A DNA stretch of 53,901 nt from Promethearchaeota archaeon (GTDB lineage Archaea > Asgardarchaeota > Lokiarchaeia > Sigyniarchaeales > SOKP01), in NCBI GenBank assembly GCA_030603385.1, contig JAUVXW010000032.1, forward strand, positions 1 through 53,901, in the 5' to 3' direction. This document shows, piece after piece, positions 47,907 to 53,901 of the stretch. Each line of letters starts with the position of its first letter. Position 1 is the first letter of the stretch. The translations under genes were made by a program, and so were the position numbers. The notes beneath the pieces are model-generated. The model saw nothing but the letters and a program-made list of their open reading frames with translations, was not told the DNA's origin and searched no databases.

Positions 47907-49268
47907 ATGAAAATTAAGAAAAATGGCATTAAGCAAATTAGCATCTTGTTAATATCAATCTGGTTATTTATAGGATTCTTTTTTATAGTTAAAGTGTCCT
48001 ACGGAGATATCACTGAGCTTTCTACAGTCGATTGGTACGTCACTTATGGTGCGGAGGATTTAGATCAAGGATGGGACTGTGCGGTAGATTCGGATAATAA
48101 CGCATATTTGATTGGTACAACAAGATTGGATGGTGGAACCGCTAATGCGACCTTACTAAAATATGATAGTTCTGGTAGTTTTATATGGGCAAGACATTGG
48201 GGTGGTTCAAATTCGGATTATGGAAGTGGAGGATGTACGGATTCAATGAAAAATGTGTATTTAGTTGGTTCTACTCGTAGTCAAGGAAGCGATTTAATTA
48301 ATGGTAGTTGCTTTATTGCTAAGTATGATGAAAATGGACTTTTAATATGGAATAGAACTTGGGGGACCATTGGTTTTGATAGTGCTTCTGATGTTATAGT
48401 AGATTCGAGTTTTAATGTTCATATTACGGGATATAGTTACAATGGTGGTAATGGGAGAGATACTTTATACTTGAAATATAATAGTAGCGGTGATTTGCAA
48501 TTGGCTTTAAATTGGGGAGGAACAGGTAGTGAGTCTGGTTCTGGTATTGAACTAACAACAACGGGGGATATTGTAATAAGTGGAGGAACTAGCAGCTTTG
48601 GCGCTGGCAATGTCGATGTGTATGTTTTATATTATTCGTCAGCAGGGAGTCTTGTTTGGAACACAACTTGGGGTAGCACAATTATCGATAGAGGATATGA
48701 CATTGCAGTGGATTCAATGAATAATATCTATGTAGCAGGATGGACTTATTATCCTGATGATTTAATGGCGGGTGCAGGAATATACAATATTAATTTCGCG
48801 CTTATAAAGTTTGATAGCAATGGAAATACTATGTGGAGTAGAATTTGGGGGCGTGAAAATATGGATTATGGATCTGGGGTTGATGTAGATTCAGAGGATA
48901 ATATCTATTTTGTTGGAGAAGGTACTATTGATGGATGGGGCTTAAAAAATTTTTATATTGGAAAATTTGATAGTTCTGGTACCTTGCTTGCTGAAACTCT
49001 CTGGGGTGGAGGTAATTTTGAAGCGGGTCATGCTATAACTATTAATAAAGCAACAAACGACATCTATGTTGCTGGCGATTCTGAAAGTTATAATTTAGAA
49101 CATAGTTCAGATCTTGTTATGATAAAAAACCCCACATTCCCCTCTACTAATAGTCAAGATTCAAACGCAATACTAGGCTATAATTTAATACTTACCTTAA
49201 GTGTTATTTCTGCTACTATAATTATAGTAATTTGGATGAAATATCGAAACAAGAAATCTAATATTTAA
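47907..49268 (+). CDS. Secreted SBBP-type beta-propeller with C-terminal membrane anchor (Loki-CTERM-like)
   Basis: Signal peptide; about 7 W....GG...D.G..IAVDS..NIY repeats; ILGYNL + TM + basic tail. Confidence 0.85.
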   Translation: MKIKKNGIKQISILLISIWLFIGFFFIVKVSYGDITELSTVDWYVTYGAEDLDQGWDCAVDSDNNAYLIGTTRLDGGTANATLLKYDSSGSFIWARHWGGSNSDYGSGGCTDSMKNVYLVGSTRSQGSDLINGSCFIAKYDENGLLIWNRTWGTIGFDSASDVIVDSSFNVHITGYSYNGGNGRDTLYLKYNSSGDLQLALNWGGTGSESGSGIELTTTGDIVISGGTSSFGAGNVDVYVLYYSSAGSLVWNTTWGSTIIDRGYDIAVDSMNNIYVAGWTYYPDDLMAGAGIYNINFALIKFDSNGNTMWSRIWGRENMDYGSGVDVDSEDNIYFVGEGTIDGWGLKNFYIGKFDSSGTLLAETLWGGGNFEAGHAITINKATNDIYVAGDSESYNLEHSSDLVMIKNPTFPSTNSQDSNAILGYNLILTLSVISATIIIVIWMKYRNKKSNI

Positions 49269-49321
49269 TTTTTTTTTCTTTCTTATTTATCTTTCATGTG
49301 TTATACATTTCAAGGGCCTTA

Positions 49322-50182
49322 TTAAAAAAGAAACAAAAAATATTTTTTAAAATCTTTTGGTCTTAAGAATAAAGCAGGAACACTTTTTCGATATTCTCGA
49401 TAATCCCTTCCAAATCGCTGTATTAATTCTTTTTCTTCCACAAATTTGAGATGAATTTTAATTCCGATCAAAAATATAAAGAAGTAAATAATCGAATAGA
49501 GCGAAAATCTAAGAAAGAAACACCCTATAAGAATTAGGACTAACCCATGATAAGTTGGATGTCTCAAAACGGAGTATATCTCGTGATTTACGATTTTTGA
49601 TTCTTCAGGATAATACACATATACCAAACCCATATTATCTATTCCGAAGATGAGTAAAGATCTGAAAGCCACCAAGATTCCTAGTGCAATAAGTAGGAAA
49701 GCTAATATCATTCGAGTGAGAAATAAGATATAGTGGGTGTTGAAATAGATTTCATTCAAGGGGATGCTAAAATACCAGCTTAATTCTGAGGAATCATTAT
49801 TTGGAATTAAAAAGTCATGGGGAAAGATAGAATGTATGACAAAGGAGATCACAAGAGTAATGCCCATTAAGGCTATTGGAAGTGCCTTCTGATATGCTTT
49901 AACGTTGTCCTTTTTTAATAGGTTCTCTTTTCGACGCCAAAAGGAATAGACCAATATGAATCCTAAAGTCAAAATAAACCCCGAACCGATAATTGGTATA
50001 TAAGGTGCCATGAGCTGAAAGAATTGGGTGTCTTTGAATAAACGGGGGGAAGAATCCATAGTGAACTGAAAAAGTAGGGAACAAAAAGCGGTAGCTACTG
50101 GAATTATTAAGAGGAAAAATATTCTTTTGCCAGAGTACCATGGTAATTTTTCTCTAAATATGCCTATTCCTTTCAATCTCAT
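49322..50182 (-). CDS. ICMT/PEMT-family membrane methyltransferase
   Basis: IYSVLRHPTYHG, EEKEL..RFG.DY.EYRK.VP. Confidence 0.85.
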   Translation of the reverse strand: MRLKGIGIFREKLPWYSGKRIFFLLIIPVATAFCSLLFQFTMDSSPRLFKDTQFFQLMAPYIPIIGSGFILTLGFILVYSFWRRKENLLKKDNVKAYQKALPIALMGITLVISFVIHSIFPHDFLIPNNDSSELSWYFSIPLNEIYFNTHYILFLTRMILAFLLIALGILVAFRSLLIFGIDNMGLVYVYYPEESKIVNHEIYSVLRHPTYHGLVLILIGCFFLRFSLYSIIYFFIFLIGIKIHLKFVEEKELIQRFGRDYREYRKSVPALFLRPKDFKKYFLFLF

Positions 50183-50290
50183 AAAACTTTTACACCTTTT
50201 AAGTATCTTTTCTTAAATCTAATTATCTGGAGTTATTGTAATTATGATAGTCTATTCAATATTAAAATTTAAATAATGAAATTCCCAATT

Positions 50291-52390
50291 CTAAGATTTG
50301 TTTTTTGAGACTTCTTTCCTTAAATGATGTACCCGAATACTCAATAGCACTATGAATATCAAAGTCAAAGGAAGAATATGAATCCATGAGATAGTCGGCT
50401 TTATCGATTCACTTTCCAAGTAAATTTTGATTTCATGATAGCTATGTTCATATTCAAAATGAATTATAAGATCTGTTTCTCCCTCGCTCAAAATAAAAGG
50501 GATCGGCATTCCATCGATGCATACTGAGTAAGGGTTAAGCAAAACTGCTTTGGGAATTAAAACATCACAATATCCTGTAGTCCCAACTCGACCATAAATC
50601 TCAAAGCTAATTTCATTCCGAGATTCATTAAACCGAAGCCCATAATCAGAGGAATTAGATTTAACAACTATCTTGTAGGGTGTGTCTTCCTTTATTATTT
50701 GATAATTAGTAGTAGTTGAGATTAAAGGTTCAATTTGGAACATTTTCGCATCAACCCAATTTTCGCATGTTCTCTGAAGTCCCCAAATATAGTCTCCATC
50801 CCAGGCAATTGTCCAGGTACCATCAGCAGCGGGATAAATCTGCCCAACAATCTGCCAATCATAAGAATATTTAGTTAGATTTCCTCCACCAGAGACCCCC
50901 CAGAAATGTGAACCCATCCACGCTAATCCTCCGCTAATACCCTCTCCAGGAATTTGAATTTCTTCTATAATTGCCCCAGTTTTGTCTATTTTCCTCACTA
51001 AATTTCCTCCCCTACTAGGAATATAAAGAAAATCTCCATCAGAAGTTAACCCTTGTGTACCACCCTCATCCTTTTTTGGTAGATCAAATGAATCATTTAT
51101 TACTACCGCATTCCCAGAAATCGAAAACTTGAAAATTTTGAGCTGACTATGATCATAGGCAAAAAAATACTCACCATCCCAAGCTAAACCTCGTGCATTT
51201 TCAATAACATTATTTTCCATTTCAATATAATCCCCTGTTGTTGGATCCATTCTTATAAAGTTTAAAGCACTCCCTATCGAGATATTCCAAAAATCAAATC
51301 GCCAAATATAGCCCATTGCATACTCTAATGCCCACCCAAAACTTAATCCTAATCCGACTCTTTTAACAACCCTTCTTGTCTCATCTATTGGATCAAATAC
51401 ATAAGGATATTGATCCTCTGGATCACCTGGAATATAACCCAATGTATAATTCCTCACATCTTGATAATCAAATACCGGAAGCGGTTTTGTGATAGTGGTT
51501 CCATTATCATTATCAATTAGAGTTACATTTGAATTTGGAGTTACAGTAACTCGTGGAAAAGGCAATGATGGATCGAAAATATTCTCCTCTAAAGTTGCAT
51601 TTGTGTGAGCAGCAATCGAAACGATATCACCACTATAATTAGTAAAGTAATTTCCTTTAAGATAAACTTCAGAATTTTCTGAGTGAAAGGCAGCTGTTCC
51701 ATTTTTAAATATGTTCCTCGTAATAGTTGCATTATTAAACTGCTCTAAGGCCATCTCATGATACCCATTTCCATATAATGTGTTATTTACATACTCCACA
51801 GTTGAATATTCTGCGTAAAGTCCTTCTGTATTGACCCATCTAACTATTGAATTAGCAACCACCGATTCAGAATAATACTGGACAATCCCTACAAGCCCAT
51901 ATTCTACGATAGTATAATTAAATATAGAATCTTTTGTTCCATTCATATAGATTCCATCCCAATCCCCATTAATCGGTGGTCCAGCATCAGAAGTAAACCA
52001 AATCTGCTGATCTGGAGCCCCTATCGCTTTTATAGTCCCAACTACAAAAATCCTCAACCGTACTTCAGGATCTTTATATTCTCTATAATATTTAAATTTG
52101 ATAACTGTTCCAGGCAAAATAGTAAGGGTTGCGCCCTTAGATACAGTAATACTTTTAGTTACAAGAATATTTCCACTCCATGTTTCATTGGTATTAATAG
52201 TTCCATTTTTTATCTGTATTGAAGATAATCTCGGTTCATTTTGTGTTTTAGACTCTTTATTCTGCATAGTGTCATTAATCGTGTTGTAATCATTACTAGA
52301 AAAACCAAAAGGAGGATTACAAGCAATTATCAAACCAAAAAGAAATAATAATATAGGGATAAACTGTTTACTTAATTTCAACATTCTCAA
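50291..52390 (-). CDS. Secreted beta-helix + beta-propeller surface protein with C-terminal TM
   Basis: Signal peptide, TLTILPGTVIKF/I.FTS...GDW.GI beta-helix cap, Asn-rich repeats, GLAWDG blades, C-terminal TM. Confidence 0.8.
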   Translation of the reverse strand: MRMLKLSKQFIPILLFLFGLIIACNPPFGFSSNDYNTINDTMQNKESKTQNEPRLSSIQIKNGTINTNETWSGNILVTKSITVSKGATLTILPGTVIKFKYYREYKDPEVRLRIFVVGTIKAIGAPDQQIWFTSDAGPPINGDWDGIYMNGTKDSIFNYTIVEYGLVGIVQYYSESVVANSIVRWVNTEGLYAEYSTVEYVNNTLYGNGYHEMALEQFNNATITRNIFKNGTAAFHSENSEVYLKGNYFTNYSGDIVSIAAHTNATLEENIFDPSLPFPRVTVTPNSNVTLIDNDNGTTITKPLPVFDYQDVRNYTLGYIPGDPEDQYPYVFDPIDETRRVVKRVGLGLSFGWALEYAMGYIWRFDFWNISIGSALNFIRMDPTTGDYIEMENNVIENARGLAWDGEYFFAYDHSQLKIFKFSISGNAVVINDSFDLPKKDEGGTQGLTSDGDFLYIPSRGGNLVRKIDKTGAIIEEIQIPGEGISGGLAWMGSHFWGVSGGGNLTKYSYDWQIVGQIYPAADGTWTIAWDGDYIWGLQRTCENWVDAKMFQIEPLISTTTNYQIIKEDTPYKIVVKSNSSDYGLRFNESRNEISFEIYGRVGTTGYCDVLIPKAVLLNPYSVCIDGMPIPFILSEGETDLIIHFEYEHSYHEIKIYLESESIKPTISWIHILPLTLIFIVLLSIRVHHLRKEVSKNKS

Positions 52391-52509
52391 CCCATTTTTA
52401 AAAAGTGAATAATAATATATATTACCCCCTTATATAAAAATCAATTAGGAAAAGAATAATTTGAATAGATTGTCTTTTTGATCTTATCTATAATCTTTTA
52501 AGAACAAAG

Positions 52510-53001
52510 CTAATACATTTCTATTTTACTCAAGATATCATCAAGGTAATGAATATTTTCCTGCTCCTTTAACGCGTTTGCTAACGAATATCTAAACGCC
52601 CATACTTCAATTTTTTTATCCAATTCTTTAACTTTCTTTACAACGGGTACAAAATCGCCATCTCCAGATACCAACACCGCCGTATCATACGCATTTTCAT
52701 ACGCAAGAGAGATGATATCAATCGCGATTTTGATATCAACTTTCTTTTCAATGATCCCATTTGATGCTATTTTATCAAAACTCGCTTTAATAACATACCC
52801 ACTTCGATTACTTAACTCTTTATACCACTTCTTTTTCTCTGGGCTCATGGGATACACGACGCCTTCATATAAAAATATACCATGTAATTCTCTGTCTCTG
52901 GTTATGACATTCTTCAGCTTTTCATAGTCAGCCTTAATGTCATACTTTCTAAAGCCCTTGAAAATGTTACTATTATCTATAAAAACTATAACTCGCTCCA
53001 A
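52510..53001 (-). CDS. NYN (LabA/DUF88) PIN-like nuclease domain protein
   Basis: VFIDNSN, EKKVDI.IA.D, LVSGDGDF.P, S..L. Confidence 0.9.
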   Translation of the reverse strand: MERVIVFIDNSNIFKGFRKYDIKADYEKLKNVITRDRELHGIFLYEGVVYPMSPEKKKWYKELSNRSGYVIKASFDKIASNGIIEKKVDIKIAIDIISLAYENAYDTAVLVSGDGDFVPVVKKVKELDKKIEVWAFRYSLANALKEQENIHYLDDILSKIEMY

Positions 53002-53132
53002 TTCAAAACTCCTTTTGCTCCTACAAAAGGTAATTAATCATATAATATTAAAAAAAAAGCTATTTGATGTAATAATTTTAACTATTACTACTATACTTTA
53101 TTTAAAAAAAAAGTCAATAAATTTTATTTATT

Positions 53133-53855
53133 TTATTGATCCTTAGAATTAGATTCTCTTATAGAAATAGGATTCTCAAGCATAAGTTCATATATTTGGT
53201 TTGCCCTTCTCCTGATGCTATCCTCTTCATGAGATATGTTTCGTTGGAATTTCATATATCTCTTTATAGCAATCTTTCTCCATTTCTTTTCCCAAGATGG
53301 GAATCCCGTCTTGACGAAGCGTTCACGATTTGGAAAATCTCGGCATACCCAACTAAAAGAGATGAAATACCTTTGCGCACCAGACTCTTCTGTAAGGTTG
53401 CGAGAAGTTATCCCAAGTTTTCTAAGGTGTTGGATGTATCTTCCTTCCACAGCATTTTGAAGAACCCCTTCAATGATTGCAGGCTCATGGTATATATTAT
53501 TCTTATTAAAATACTCTCTAACAAGATCGAAACAATCACCCCTACATAGAAGTATCCTGTCTCCCTTGCTGTGATTAAGTTCTCTAAGAGCTTTCTTTAC
53601 TACCTTTACTATATGTTTCTTTGGGCTATCATCGTCTCTATTACCTTCATTATAGAGCCCTACGGGAACTGCTTGAAATATTATCTTTCTGGTTTCCGTG
53701 TCTCGAAAGCCAATAAAGGCATCTCCGACGAGATCTCCAGTCCCAGCGTCATCAATTTCTATTGTTCTTCCCTTCCACTCGCTGGGATTATTTGTGTTTA
53801 TTATTTGTGTGGATTGGCACGACTCATCGTCGTCTTTTTCTTTTTCTGTCTTCAT
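53133..53855 (-). CDS. Hypothetical protein with RNase HII-like N-terminal motif
   Basis: IEIDDAGTGDLVG resembles RNase HII G.DEAGRG...G. Confidence 0.55.
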   Translation of the reverse strand: MKTEKEKDDDESCQSTQIINTNNPSEWKGRTIEIDDAGTGDLVGDAFIGFRDTETRKIIFQAVPVGLYNEGNRDDDSPKKHIVKVVKKALRELNHSKGDRILLCRGDCFDLVREYFNKNNIYHEPAIIEGVLQNAVEGRYIQHLRKLGITSRNLTEESGAQRYFISFSWVCRDFPNRERFVKTGFPSWEKKWRKIAIKRYMKFQRNISHEEDSIRRRANQIYELMLENPISIRESNSKDQ

Positions 53856-53901
53856 TATTAATTTAAACGGTTAGCATCATAAATACATTGTGATTTACAA
53901 A

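Noticed and set aside
53136-53861. Plus-strand ORFs of 137, 74 and 96 aa, and other short antisense ORFs in the track
   Set aside because: They overlap better-supported genes on the opposite strand and show no recognisable motifs.

Overview
AT-rich archaeal chromosomal DNA, most likely Asgard archaea (Lokiarchaeia/Promethearchaeota). This assignment is inferred from a gelsolin-domain gene, two Rab-like small GTPases, longin/uDENN-like proteins, a Cdc48-like ATPase and Loki-type C-terminally anchored surface proteins. About 50 CDSs are present, mostly metabolic or housekeeping: MFS transporters, flavin reductases, acyl-CoA dehydrogenases, MsrA/MsrB, SAM methyltransferases, a GH29 hydrolase and an aminotransferase. 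No rRNA, tRNA or CRISPR array was recognised. The most notable locus is 954-3003. There an HgcA-like mercury-methylation corrinoid membrane protein carries an N-terminally fused class I SAM methyltransferase and a variant cap helix (NVWCAARG), followed by an HgcB-like 2[4Fe-4S] ferredoxin ending in CC. This looks like a self-contained SAM -> cobalamin -> metal(loid) methylation module. Other items: a 114-bp direct repeat of the 3' end of an EFR1-type gene bracketing a hydrolase, two unlisted zinc-finger microproteins flanking a ~95-nt stem-loop, a half-size Cdc48 with altered Walker B, a wHTH/ARPP-1 module with a tandem palindromic operator, an orphan type III Mod-like methyltransferase, and a protein with 13 PVYE repeats. 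All family calls come from motif recognition by eye; no searches were run.
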